DNA of 64,000 bases from assembly GCF_000142905.1 (NCBI RefSeq), contig NW_013657645.1:62001-126000 (forward strand). Direction: 5' to 3'. This stretch comes from Thecamonas trahens ATCC 50062 (lineage: Eukaryota > Protista > Apusomonadida). Shown piece after piece: positions 9,901 to 22,131 of this stretch (positions are counted from its first letter, which is position 1; each line of letters opens with the position of its first letter). A program made the translations under genes and the position numbers. Below the pieces are notes generated by a model, which did not search any database, was not told the DNA's origin, and saw only the letters and a list, made by a program, of their open reading frames with translations.

Positions 9901-12500
9901 CACATCTGCGCCTTCAATCCGGAGCCCCGGAGCGCCATGGATGTTGCTGGCGGTCGTCGTCATGCCCCTAATATTGATTGACTCAAGTGCGAGCGTTGTA
10001 CCTACTCCCCGCGTAATCGAGTTAAACACTGCCCGAAACAGGACGGCGCCGTTGGCGCCCGACTCGCAGTCAAAGGTCACCGTGCCCGGGATCTGTGCCG
10101 CAAAGCTGATCGGGCGAGCAATCTGAAAGTGCGCATCGCGCCGGCAGCCGTACCGACCAGGCGGGAGGAGGAGGACGTCGTGGGAGCAGACGCGCAGCCG
10201 GGCCATATTGGCAAGGATGCAGCTGGCCGACGTCGGCCCGTAATGGCATCCGTCCATGTGAGGATCATACACCACCGAGCGTGGTTCGTACGAGTAGAGT
10301 GCAGTCCGGGTGGCGCGCGTGTAGACCCGGAGAGTACTGCTGAGGATATAGTTGGAGACGATATCGATCGAGTCGTCCCCGTCAAAGTCACCAGCCACCA
10401 GCGCGTAGACGCCCGACAAAGAATCGACCTGCAGCAGCGGCTCAAAGGCGGGTGTTGAGAGATCTAGCGAGTACGAGATGTAGATCCTGCTGTTTGTATC
10501 TGCCCCGACGACTGCCACACGATCCTCGAGCCGGACGACGTCCACAAAGACGGCATCAAGCAGCCCGATCTCCACCCGAGGATGAAAGCCGCCTGAACCA
10601 TTGTTGAGCATAAAGGAAATCCTGTTCGAGTCGCCGATGACGATGTCGTCGTACGCGTCGTCGTTGACCCTGGCGACGATAACTCGGTGGAGAGCGCCCG
10701 AGTGCTTGGGCGTAACTGCTACCGGGGCTTCAGATGTCATGTTGCTCACCGACCGCAAGATAGAGAGCGGATAAGTGCTTCCCTCAGCAACAAGGAGATC
10801 GACTCCGCCATCGCCGTCGACATCGATGGTGTCGTGGAGACGGATCCACTGGCCAACGTCGACAACGTAGCCGTCAAAGTGCGTGACCGGGTTGGGATCA
10901 AAGGTGAAATCGCCACGATTCATCCAGAACTGGAGGTTGGTTCCGTCGGTATCGATCAGGTCCATGTGTCCATCGTTGTTAAAGTCGATTGTCTTGAAGT
11001 GGCTCGAGAACATGTCCAACGCGATACTGCCATGCCGTGGAAGAGTGTGGGCTTGCCAGGCTGTGCCGACGCCGTCGGCATTGATGTGGAAGCTCATGGT
11101 CTTCTTGTAGAGGCTGACAATGTCAACATCGCCGTCGCCATCCACGTCAAGTACGTGCGTAGGAGTGGCCTCGTCGGCGATGACGACCGATAAGAGCGGC
11201 GTAACCGGAAACGAGGTCGTACGCGACCAGACCATGCGGTATGTGCTGCTTGGCAGCTTTCCGCCCACCACAATGTCGATCAAGCCATCACCATCGATGT
11301 CACCCGAGTTGATGTCAAGACCCGTGTCGAACGGCAGGTCAGGATTGACGCTGAGAGAAGTCCAGCTGCTCGACGCTGCTCGAGCCAGATCAGGAACGTG
11401 GACATTGGCTAGGGCGTTGGTTTTTCGGCAACAATGACGTCGTTGCGACCGGTGTTGCGCACATCACCAGCACCAAACGTGTCGATGGTTACGCCAGCGT
11501 TGGATACCATCCGCTGCCGACGGAGCTCGCCTCCGCCTGCATTTTCCATCCAATACAACTCGTCGTTGTAGACGAGCATAAGATCTGAGTCGCCGTCCGA
11601 ATCGACGTCGCCCGTGTTGAGCTTGATTCCGACGGCGGCAGTCTTGACAGCAAGGACAAACTCGGTACCGGAAAAGTCGAGCGTGAATAGCTTCTCCTGG
11701 AAGAGGGCATAGAATTCAGGCGATCCGTCGCCGTCGAGATCGACGATGGCAGTGGACGGCGTGTCTGTCGACGAAGGGTCAAGCGGCGCAAGAACGATGT
11801 GACTATCAGTCAGGGGTCCGCCGTTGTCGTTGATAACGATGATGAGCTCGCTTGCGCGAAAGACGACAATGTCAAGGTCCGAGTCTCGGTCGACGTCGAC
11901 GAGCTGGCACTCTTGAGAATCAAAAGTGGGAACTGCGTTGCCAGCAAGTGAGAACGAGGCGCCGGCGCCGTCGTTGAGAGCAAGCGCAAACTCATGGGTT
12001 CGACCGTCCTGGGTAATAATGATGTCTTTGTACCCATCGCCATTCCAGTCGATTGCTTGCAAGTCTTTGGCGAAAACAAACGACAGGAGGTTGATCGGCG
12101 AGCCAAAGACGCCAGCACCGTTGTTGAGTCGCAGGTACAGATAGATGCCGGATGTAAAGGCGATGTCAACATCACCATCGCCATCAAAGTCATCAGCAAC
12201 TGCGGCAAAAATGGCGGAACTCTCAGTGGCGATGATGGTCGAGGACCACGAGCCTGTGTGCGAGAACAGGATGAGCTGGGTGCCATCGCGAGCGAGGACC
12301 TGTGGGTAGCCGGCGGCGGTAAAGTCAGCGAGGGCGACAAAGGTACTCGTGCCACCAAAGGTGTTCCTCCCACCGGAGTACTGTGTCCTGCACTGCTTGT
12401 TGGCTACGATCTCAGATATGGATCCCTCTGCAACACAGAGAGGAGAGCATGCTAGCAGAGCTAAGACCAATGTCGTCACCCAAACACGCGTGAATGGCAA
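6910..12500 (-). CDS. Large receptor-like protein (~1850 aa): FG-GAP/VCBS repeats, Pmp-like beta-helix, Cys-rich repeats, ~7-TM domain; one frameshift at 11421-11425; start uncertain
   Basis: Signal-like VWVTTLVLALLACSPLCVA; many DxDGDGDxD motifs in both ORFs; N.A..GGA(I/V) repeats; CEACPTGALC..CAPGYTSRLCAKC; multi-TM C-terminus. Adding one A joins ORFs 11409-13106 and 6910-11283 (VAEK-TNALANVH..GDIDGDGLIDIVV). Confidence 0.8.
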
Positions 12501-12728
12501 CTGTCGTGGTGGACACGTGGGCCTTTTTGACCAGCGGGGGAAAAAGCGTGGTGAGTGTTTGAAGGCGGGCTTTTGCCGAGAACAAGCAGAGATAAGGTTT
12601 TGGAAGGGTGGAGGGGTGCGGTGCGGTGACGGTGCGAGTTGCCTACATGCTTGTGTGAAGCGAGAAGTATGCACGTGGGGGACGAGTTGGTGGGACAAAT
12701 TTTGCAGAGGAAAGCGACGGCCTGCCAG

Positions 12729-13112
12729 GCCATAATCGATGCCCAACGATAAATCTCGTTGGCAGCACACCATAATCGATGCCCAACGATAAATCTCGTT
12801 GGCAGCACACCATAATCGATGCCCAACGATAAATCTCGTTGGCAACACACCATAATCGGTGCCCAACGATAAATCTCGTTGGCAGCACGCCATAATCGAT
12901 GCCCAACGATAAATCTCGTTGGCAGCACGCCATAATCGGTGCCCAACGATAAATCTCGTTGGCAGCACGCCATAATCGATGCCCAACGATAAATCTCGTT
13001 GGCAACACGCCATAATCGATGCCCAACGATAAATCTCGTTGGCAGCACGCCATAATCGGTGCCCAACGATAAATCTCGTTGGCAGCACGCCATAATCGAT
13101 GCCCAACGATAA
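12729..13112. repeat. 40-bp tandem minisatellite (~9.5 copies) with internal palindrome, in a divergent promoter
   Basis: Unit CATAATCGATGCCCAACGATAAATCTCGTTGGCAGCACRC; internal CCAACGA-taaatc-TCGTTGG. Confidence 0.92.
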
Positions 13113-13240
13113 CTATGAACGAGTGAGGAACGCGAAGGAGAGGAGACGTCTGGCACGAGGCGACGAGAGCAACAAGGAGGTAAGGGACGGACAAGCAACT
13201 CGAGTTTTCCTGTGTGACCAAGTTGTGTGGGTGAGGAGGC

Positions 13241-15561
13241 ATGAGTATGGGCATGAGCAAACGGAGCAGCAGAAGACCTCCTTCTATCGTCATCTCCACC
13301 CTTACAGCAGGCGCGGACGGTGGAGGGCCAAGTGCCGGTGACGTGGTGGCCCGGCATGGTGGCGACCGACCCGAGGCGACATTAGCTGATGGCACTACTG
13401 CTGCTGGTGGTGGTGCCGGTGCTGGTGCTGCTGACGGTGTGCTGCTCTCGCCGAGTGGAAGTCCAAGGAGTTTAGGTCGCAATCATCAGAGACGGACGAG
13501 GTCGTCGTCGCCGTCATCACGGTCGCCGAGATCACTCTCGCCGCGATCGTCATCGAGGTTGAGGTCGAGGTCGAGGTCAAGGTCGGCCCGGTCAGCCCGG
13601 TCGGCATCGAGAGGGAGGAGCGGGAGAGGCGCCGAGCTTGCGCTGCCCGAGTGGGAGCCGTTTGCGTTGGAGGACTCGCGGGCGGCGGCGGTCAAGGTGG
13701 CCAAGCGGCTGGTGCGACGCATCATCCGGGTCTGCCGGTCAAACGGCATCGCGTACACCGACACTGAGTTTGGTCCGCGCGGTGCGGGGGCGGTAGTGGA
13801 GAGGTGGGCGAGGCGAGCGCGGGGTGGGAGCGGTTGGGACGGATGGCGGAGAGCTCGGTGCGGCTGATGCTCAACGGGTGTGCGCCGAGCGATGTGGTCC
13901 AGGGCTCGCTCGGGACATGCTACCTCGTCGGATCGCTAGCGTCACTAGCGGCGTCGCATCCCGAGGCTGCGGCGGCAATGGTAGTCAAGTACGATACCGA
14001 GCTCGGTGTATATGGTCTGGTCCTGTTCAAGAATGGACAGTGGGTCCCGGTGGTGGTTGACGACTACGTGCCGATGGTTGAGGCGGGCGGCGAGCGGTGG
14101 CAGGCGTACTCGCGGTGCTCGAACCCACGTGAGATCTGGGTTTCACTGGTGGAAAAGGCGTACGCCAAGGTCCACGGCGGGTACCCGCAGATCGAGGGCG
14201 GGAAGGAGACGTCTGCGCTCGTCGATATGACCGCCGGCATCCCGTTCCGGGTCAACTTGCGGTCGTCCAAGTGGATGGCGGTTCTTTTTGGCTCACCCAA
14301 AGCGCGATCTGCGTTCCGAGCCTCGCTCTCGCTTTCAGCGTCGGGCTCGATCGGTGTTCTCGATGGTGACGAGTGCGGAGGTGCGCACGAGGCCGAGGGT
14401 GGGGCGGCGTCAGACGCGCCGCATCTACTGCTGTGGGCCTACATGCGGCGCAAGCTCGACGAGAGATATGCGCTGTCGGCCTATGTCGCGGCCGAGCAGG
14501 ACGCGGCGGGGACGGTGCTGCAGGATGGCTCCGGCCTCGTCACCGGGCACGCGTACGCGGTCCTGGGCTGCGCAGAGATCTGTGACGAGAGTGCTGTCGG
14601 GGTGGGCATGTTGCGACTGGTGCGGATGCGGAATCCGTGGGGCGGGCATGAGTACACCGGCCCGTACTCGGCGGTCTCGCCGATGTGGACGCCTGCGCTG
14701 CGGCGGGCGGCGGGCTTTGCGCTAGGTGGCAACGGCACGTTCTTTATGACCTACGAAGACTTTGTGCTCCATTTCACCGGCCTCGATCTGTGCCGGGTCA
14801 TCGACGACACCTGGTTCTCGCGGTCGATGCTCGGAAGCTGGAGCGTGCGCAGCGGGCCGCGCGGGCAGCCGCAGCACAACCCGGCGCTGCATGTGCGAGT
14901 GAGCCTCACAGCAGCCGCAGCGACATGCGAGGGCGCGAGCGCTGAGCTTCCGTCGGGTCCGCGGGCGTTCTTTGAGTTCTCAGGTGCGTCCGACTCGTCA
15001 TTGTCGGCTGTCTCGTCGGATGACGAGGCCCGGGCCGGGAGCCTGGCGTACGAGGCGCTGCTAGCGGCGCCGGACGCAATGTATCTGGTGCTCGCGCAGG
15101 ACGATGCGCGGCTGGCGCGTGGAGAGGAGGTCTATGACATCTCCATCGGCTTTGACGTCCTCCTCCTCCCGTCGGAGGAGGCTGTGGCAACGGTTGCCGC
15201 CGATCCACGGCAGCTCGTCACGCTTGGCAAGCGGATCCACATCACGCCGTTCTCTAACACCCGCGAGGTGGTGGCGCAGATCTCTGGGCGTGAGCTGAGG
15301 CCAGAGCCCGGGGCGACCGTGGCACACCTGGTCGTCTGTGCGTACACCTGGCGTGGTGGCACTGAGCTTCCATTCTCGTTCCGGGTCGCATCGCGGCTCC
15401 CAGTCTCGCTCTCGCGGCTCGAGCTATCATCGCCAGCTGCCGCGGCGCTCCCGCCACTCGTCACACTCGACCTCCCGTCGCCTGTAGCCGGCGGGATGTT
15501 GTCGCCCGGAGTGAGTGAGGATCCACGGTGGGCGTGTTCAGCGCCCGAGGTTGATCTTTAA
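13241..15561 (+). CDS. Calpain-family cysteine protease with RS-rich N-terminus; frameshift at G5 13786-13790
   Basis: YTDTEFGP, QGSLGTCYL (Cys), LVEKAYAKVHGGY, GHAY (His), RNPWG (Asn), domain-III-like C-terminus; one extra G joins ORFs 13241-13867 and 13804-15561. Confidence 0.88.
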
Positions 15562-15839
15562 AAAAAAGAGCGTTGCCCGAACTCGATCTCGATGTGGAAC
15601 TGTTCCCGTCACCCATCACGTTTGCCGGGTGCCGAGGTGCGTGCTCGTCGAGCTAACCAAAGCTGCGGGTAATCGTCCAGCCGACCATCAAGCATTAATC
15701 ATTGTTGCCATAATCGATAAGCATTAATTGTCGTTGACATGATGGTGATCGTTGCCGGTGAGTGTTCGTTGGTCGGCACGTCAACAGCGCTCTCTGTGTG
15801 GACTCACTCGGCCGAGGCGAGGAGGGAAAGAGGGACAAT

Positions 15840-18401
15840 ATGATGAGACAGAGTATGATTACAAACATAATAATGCTGAGCATACTCCTCGTAGGAGTGG
15901 GAGCAAGCCCCTCCCCGCCGTCGCCACCGTCGAGGTCAACAAGCCTTCCGCGCTTTGCCTTCACTTCCAATTCGGCACTCAACGGACGATTCTGTGCACC
16001 CAACTCGGACGGACAATGTTCCATGTCACCGTACATCCAATCATTGCTCATCATTGCCTTTATTTTGCTGGTCATTCCTGCTCTCGCTGCTTGCGTCTGT
16101 CTCGCTTGCGCGTGTTGTGCTCAAGTCAGGGATCCGCCGCGCATCGTCTCCTCTTTGGATCCATCTCCATCTTCTTCTCGAAGAGATCAAAAGGCTCCCT
16201 TAACTGATGGACGTCGCTCACGAGCTGGTAGCCAGCTCCGTGGTGGCTCGAGTTGGAGATCAGAGGAGTTTGGTCGGGCAAGACGTGCTCCTTCGCTGCT
16301 GGATCTTCCGCCGGCGCTGAGAGAAAAGTGGATTGCCGCACATCCCACCGCCACCGCCATGATTCTGACAAAGCTCGCTGTTGTGGTTGTCGCTGTGGCG
16401 GTGGTCGTCCTCGCTGTCCTTCTCTTCATGGCCTCATCGGATGTGGATGTTGCTGAGGGTCGCGGTGCGGCTGCGCTCCGCGATGGTGCGGTGGCTGTGG
16501 AGCTGGCATCGAGCCAGGTGGTGAGCGCGTATCTCACATCGGTGCTGCAGAGCCCGGCGCTCAACTCGTCGCTGCCCAACGCCACGCTAGCGCTCAGCGA
16601 GACTACCGCGGCTAGTGCGGCCATCCGGTCGAAGATGCTGTCGTGGGCACGGATGACCAATGCGTGGGACCAGGCACGGACTGCGCTGGTGGTCATCATG
16701 GCATGCGTGGTGTTGGGCGTGACGACGTGCCTCTGCTGCGCGGCCGGCTTCAACGCACGGCGGGTGTCGCAGTGCGCAGCTGTGGCTGCGTCATGGACCA
16801 CGCTTTTCCTTTGCTGTACCTTGATGCTCCACATCACCGGTGCGCTCCTTGTCTCGGACCTGTGCTTCGAGATGGACACCTCACTGGCATCTTCCACCGC
16901 CGACCGGACACTGTTTGACGAGCTGGTTGGCTGCCGCGGCTCATTCCCGCAGCTGGAGGCGACCACGTCGCGGGCGCTCGCCCTGGCTTCGGCCGACGTC
17001 TGTGAGACCGGTGCGCTGGTGTGTGAGCTGGCAGTCAACGTCTCGACATCGTTCATGCCTGCGCCGTGCGTTAACTCGACCATGCGGTGCTCAAACCCCG
17101 ATTCTCCGTCCGATGTCTCTGTTGACACGGCCGTAGCCGACTACGGTACCGGAAACGGGACGACCGGATGTGCGGCGGCGGCGTCTTATCCGCCAATGCT
17201 TCCGCCGAGCCACAGCTACTGCGTCCGCAACACACCGCGCATCCTGCTCTGTGCGTCGGTGGGAGCCGGATGTGACTCTCCGCTGACCCAGCACTATGTC
17301 GCGCCGCTATACGCGGCGCTTGTCACCCGCCGGCTGGTCCGGCTCTCTGTTGTCCCGCTCGTGACGGAGCTCACCAATTGTACGTTTGTCGGCGACGTGC
17401 TCGCGGCGGCGCGCGATGATGTGTGCGGGACCCACAAGCCGGCTATACACCGAACTATGTATCTCCTTGCTGGCGTTGTTGCTCTTGTGCTCGTCGAGGC
17501 CGGTCTCGGCCTTGCTGGCGTCCGCAACCTGGTGCCGCTCGCCAAGACCCGCCGCCGCGCCACCGCCGCCGCCATGGCTGGAGCGGTCGGCGCCGGTGCC
17601 GCGCTCGCGGGCACTACCGCTGCATCGCGGCGCGGCTCACTCGCCAGTGCAGATGGCGGCCGGCAGCCATCGGACTCGGGGCCGACAAGCAGCCGACGCC
17701 GACGGCGGTCATCCAACGCCGGTGCTAGCGGCATGACTCCCATCGCGCCCATCGACTCGCCGCTCAAGCCACAACATCGCGGCGTGGCTGCAGCGGCTGC
17801 CGCCTCGCCGGGCCTCTCCCGGCCGGGCTCGCTTGCCTCGTTTGTCGAGAACACCCGCGACGAGACCTCATCGCTTGGCTACTCTTACTCGTACGATGAC
17901 GGCAGCTTTATTTCGTACGATGACGAGGATGGGGGGGGCAACGATTCGCGGCTCAACCTCGCGTCGGCAGCGTCGCATCGTCCCGCGCCGTTCCTGGCCG
18001 ACGACGACGAGTCGCCTCCTTCGGCCGGCTCGGAGCCGCCGCGCAAGCAAGGCAGCGGCTTCTCGCGAACTGCGCCTGTCGGCGGCGCAGCTCGGGTGTC
18101 GGCGCTCCGCGGCACTGGTCTCGCCTCGGGTGGACTCTCACGGACAAGCTCGCGATCAGCCGGTGGCGGTCTCGGCTCGGGCAGTCTCTCGCGCTCCGGC
18201 TCGCGATCAGCCGGTGGCGGTCTCGGCTCGGGCGGTCTCTCTCGCGCTGCGTCTCGCGCTGCGCGTGGTGGACTCGGCAGCGGCGGCCTTTCTCGGACCA
18301 ACTCTCGATCGGCCGGCGGAGCACTTGGCGGGCGCGGCCGATCGCCGCTTGCACGCAACACCTCGTACCAGATGTCTGTCGGCCGGCTGGACGACATGTA
18401 G
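15840..18401 (+). CDS. Tweety/prominin-like multi-pass membrane protein with long disordered tail
   Basis: About 5 TM segments, Cys-rich TM flanks, VSDLC motif after TM4, large Cys-rich loop, GGLGSGGLSR repeats in the tail. Confidence 0.6.
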   Translation: MMRQSMITNIIMLSILLVGVGASPSPPSPPSRSTSLPRFAFTSNSALNGRFCAPNSDGQCSMSPYIQSLLIIAFILLVIPALAACVCLACACCAQVRDPPRIVSSLDPSPSSSRRDQKAPLTDGRRSRAGSQLRGGSSWRSEEFGRARRAPSLLDLPPALREKWIAAHPTATAMILTKLAVVVVAVAVVVLAVLLFMASSDVDVAEGRGAAALRDGAVAVELASSQVVSAYLTSVLQSPALNSSLPNATLALSETTAASAAIRSKMLSWARMTNAWDQARTALVVIMACVVLGVTTCLCCAAGFNARRVSQCAAVAASWTTLFLCCTLMLHITGALLVSDLCFEMDTSLASSTADRTLFDELVGCRGSFPQLEATTSRALALASADVCETGALVCELAVNVSTSFMPAPCVNSTMRCSNPDSPSDVSVDTAVADYGTGNGTTGCAAAASYPPMLPPSHSYCVRNTPRILLCASVGAGCDSPLTQHYVAPLYAALVTRRLVRLSVVPLVTELTNCTFVGDVLAAARDDVCGTHKPAIHRTMYLLAGVVALVLVEAGLGLAGVRNLVPLAKTRRRATAAAMAGAVGAGAALAGTTAASRRGSLASADGGRQPSDSGPTSSRRRRRSSNAGASGMTPIAPIDSPLKPQHRGVAAAAAASPGLSRPGSLASFVENTRDETSSLGYSYSYDDGSFISYDDEDGGGNDSRLNLASAASHRPAPFLADDDESPPSAGSEPPRKQGSGFSRTAPVGGAARVSALRGTGLASGGLSRTSSRSAGGGLGSGSLSRSGSRSAGGGLGSGGLSRAASRAARGGLGSGGLSRTNSRSAGGALGGRGRSPLARNTSYQMSVGRLDDM

Positions 18402-18679
18402 ATGACAACGAACTCGGCCTTGTGATTTCCGACGTGAGGCAACTCAACTCGCACATGCGAGCGTCAACGATAAAACCAAAGGAGAAATAATTGCCAAATC
18501 ATTGCCTGTGAAACGAGTCACAAGTCCGTCGCCTTTTTGCCTCGAGCGCCAAACGAGCCGAGTGTGACGGCGGGAAAGAGGCGACAAAGAGCGGAGAGCA
18601 AGTCAGGAGAGACACGAGCAGAGGCTTTGAGGCAGAGACCGGGGAGAACGAGACATACTTGACTCGGAGGACCAAGAAC

Positions 18680-18856
18680 ACAAGTCGCACAAGTCGCACA
18701 AGTTGCACAAGTCGCACACGTCGGACACGTCGGACACGTTGACCTTGGACTACGGGCACGAGGACGGACAGCAGGCACATCACCAACTCGACGACTAGCC
18801 ACATCACCAACTCGGCGACCAGACACATCACCAACTCGGCAACCAGACACATCACC
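18680..18856. repeat. Short tandem repeats upstream of dynamin (9-bp CACAAGTCG; 24-bp CACATCACCAACTCGGCGACCAGA x3)
   Basis: Direct inspection; the last unit abuts the ATG. Confidence 0.75.
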
Positions 18857-20939
18857 ATGGGCATGGACGACCTCATTCCGGTGGTCAACAAGCTGCAGGA
18901 CGTGCTGTCGTCGGTAGGGACCGACATGATCGACTTGCCGCAAATTGTGGTTGTCGGCTCGCAGTCGTCAGGCAAGTCATCGGTGCTGGAAAACATCGTG
19001 GGAAGGGACTTTCTTCCGCGTGGCTCGGGCATCGTCACCCGTCGCCCGCTCATTCTCCAGCTTGTTCAAACCAAGCCTGCTCCCGGCGCTTCATCCGCCG
19101 AGACCGGCGACGGCGCAAGCACCAGCGATGGCGCGCCCAGCTCGGGTAGCGCTGCCGAAGGCGAGGAGTGGGCCGAGTTCCTGCACCTGCCCGAGACCAA
19201 GTTTACTGACTTTGCCGCGGTCCGCGATGAGATCTCGTCTGAGACCGACCGGGCGACCGGGACGAACAAAGGCATTTCGGACGCGCCGATCTCGCTTAAG
19301 ATCTACTCGCCGCATGTGCTCAACCTGACGCTGGTGGACCTGCCGGGCATTACCAAGGTGCCTGTCGGCGACCAGCCGTCGGACATCGAGACCCTCATCC
19401 GCGACATGATCCTGCACTTTATTGAGAAGCCGAACGCGCTCATTCTGGCGGTGACGGCGGCCAACTCGGATCTGGCCAACTCGGACGCGCTGCAGCTGGC
19501 CCGCCGGGTCGACCCCGATGGCGAGCGCACGCTCGGCGTCCTGACCAAGCTCGACCTCATGGACGCCGGAACCAACGCGCTGGAGATCCTCAACAACGAG
19601 ATCATTGCGCTCAAGCTCGGCTTTGTGGGCGTGGTCAATCGGTCGCAGGCCGACATCAACTCGGAAAGTCGATTCCTGCCGCGCTCGAGGCCGAGGCCTC
19701 GTTCTTCGCGTCGCACCCTGCGTATGCGCCGTTGGCTACGCGGCTGGGGACGCGCTACCTGACGCGCCAGCTCAACACCCTGCTTGTGGCGCACATCAAG
19801 AAGTGCCTACCGGGTCTCAAGAAGCGAATCAGCGCCAAGCACTCGGCGGCTGCGTCCGAAATGGCCACGCTCGGCGCCCCGGTCTCGCCCGAGTCTGCCG
19901 GCTCGGTCGTCCTCGATGTCATTACCAAGTTTGCGGCCGACTTTAAGGCTGCGCTCGACGGCACCATGGCCGACCTTTCGATGGTCGAGCTCGCGGGGGA
20001 GCGCGGATCGCGTACATCTTCCACGAGCTCTTCTTCAACGCCATCCAGGACATCCGGCCCGGCGAGGAGCTGACCGAGGAGGACATCGAGACGCTCATCC
20101 GCAACGCGACCGGGACTCGCGGGCAACTCTTCATGCCGGGCGCTTCATTCGAGGTCCTGGTCAAGAAGGCTGTTGCCCAGCTGAAGGAACCGGCTATGCA
20201 GTGCGTCAACCTGGTGTATGAAGAGCTCCTCCGCCTGCTCAACACGTACACGACCAAGGAGTTGGCGCGTTTCGCGCGCCTCCGCGAGCGGCTGCACAAC
20301 GTGGTCTCGGACACCTTCGCCAAGTGCCTCAAGCCGACGTACGCCATGGTCACCAACCTCATCAACGTCGAACTCGCGTACGTCAACACGCGGCATCCGG
20401 ACTTTGTGGTGGCGCTGGCGGCGATGCGGGCGTCGTCGGGAGTCGATCACTACGCGTCGAGCTCCACCGAGGCTGCGTCGAGCGCCGGTGCGGCGGCGGC
20501 GGCGGTGAGCTCGGCAGCAGCCAGCGGAGCGGACCCGGCACCGAGCGGCTGGTTCTCGAAGAAAAAGTCGAAGAAGGGTGGTAGCGGCATGTCGCCGCCG
20601 GCGCAGCTCGCGCAGGTCCGCAAGCCGCAGCACCTCTACGCCGAGCACGAGATGTCCGAGACGCAGCTCATCCGCGAGCTCCTCGACGCCTACTTTACCA
20701 TTGTCAAGAAGAACATCCTCGACGGCGTGCCCAAGTCGATCATGCTCTTCCTTGTCAACAACGCAGCGTCCCACGTCCAGAACGAGCTCGTCAAGGCCCT
20801 CTACCACGAGAACGAGTTTGGCGAGCTTGTCCGGGAGTCCGGCACTGTGGCCCAGCGCCGCGAGGTCGTCGCCACCCAGATCCGCGTCTACAAGGCTGCC
20901 GAGCGCATCCTCAACCAGATCCGCGACTGGGATGTGTAA
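18857..20939 (+). CDS. Dynamin-related protein (Drp1/Vps1-like); frameshifts at ~19664 and ~19997
   Basis: [24 protein letters not shown], middle domain [12 protein letters not shown] after repair, GED ([15 protein letters not shown]), no PH/PRD. Confidence 0.93.
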
Positions 20940-21334
20940 CTGAGCGTAAAAGTGCTGTCATGGTTGTAGGCGAGGAGCAAGGTGAGGTGAGAGAGAGGAT
21001 GGGCAGCCCTGTGGACGAAAGAGGGAGAGCCGTCGGTCAGCCGGCGGTTGAACCACCACAGCCAACTGGTGACCACCACCAGCACCACCAGCACTGCCAG
21101 CACGAGCACGAGCACAAGCACAGCACAGGCCGTGCCACTGCACTCACCGACCATGTCATCCATCCGGGACCTGAGTACGTAGTGGGGGGGAGGGGGAGGG
21201 GGAGGGGGAGGGGGAGGGGGAGGGGGGGCTTGGCTGAGGCATGTGTGGCGGGACATGGGAGGGGGGGTGGGGCGGGGGTGGGGGGTATGGGTATGGATGT
21301 GGTTCTTGTGGTCGTCGTACTCGTGTCGTCCATC

Positions 21335-21755
21335 GCATCCATGCCATCCATGCCATCCATGCCATCCATCACATCCATCACATCCATCACATCCATCACA
21401 TCCATCACATCCATCACATCCATCACATCCATCACATCCATCACATCCATCACATCCATCACATCCATCACATCCATCACATCCATCACATCCATCACAT
21501 CCATCACATCCATCACATCCATCACATCCATCACATCCATCACATCCATCACATCCATGCCATCCATCACATCCATCACATCCATCACATCCATCACATC
21601 CATCACATCCATCACATCCATCACATCCATCACATCATCACATCCATCACATCCATCACATCCATCACATCCATCACATCCATCACATCCATCACATCCA
21701 TCACATCCATCACATCCATGCCATCCATGCCATCCATGCCATCCATGCCATCCAC
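21335..21755. repeat. 9-bp minisatellite (CATCCATCA)n
   Basis: About 45 copies with CATCCATGC variants. Confidence 0.95.
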
Positions 21756-22131
21756 CGCGCAATGCGCACTCGTCGCACTCATCACTCTCATTCACTGCGT
21801 GGCGCTGCACCTGATTCTGCTCGACATGGCGCAGAGTTCCGCCGCTCCGGATCCAAGGGCCGCATGCACTCGTTCTCGTCCATCGACTACCTCGACAAGC
21901 TTGGCGAAGAGGTCGAGGTCAATCGCGACGTGTACAACCACGCCAACGGCCAGGGTGAGCTCCCGCTCCACCTCGCTGCCTCCACTGGCTCGGTGAACAT
22001 CGCCGAGCTGCTGCTGGNNNNNNNNNNNNNNNNNNNNNNNNNNNNNNNNNNNNNNNNNNNNNNNNNNNNNNNNNNNNNNNNNNNNNNNNNNNNNNNNNNN
22101 NNNNNNNNNNNNNNNNNNNNNNNNNNNNNNN

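Noticed and set aside
12729-13112. CRISPR array, or coding N-terminal repeat of ORF 11409-13106
   Set aside because: No spacers; the 40-bp period cycles through all three frames, so the repetitive peptides are artefacts
18857-20939. Dynamin, myosin and ATPase as pseudogenes
   Set aside because: No premature stops or motif decay once single homopolymer indels are corrected
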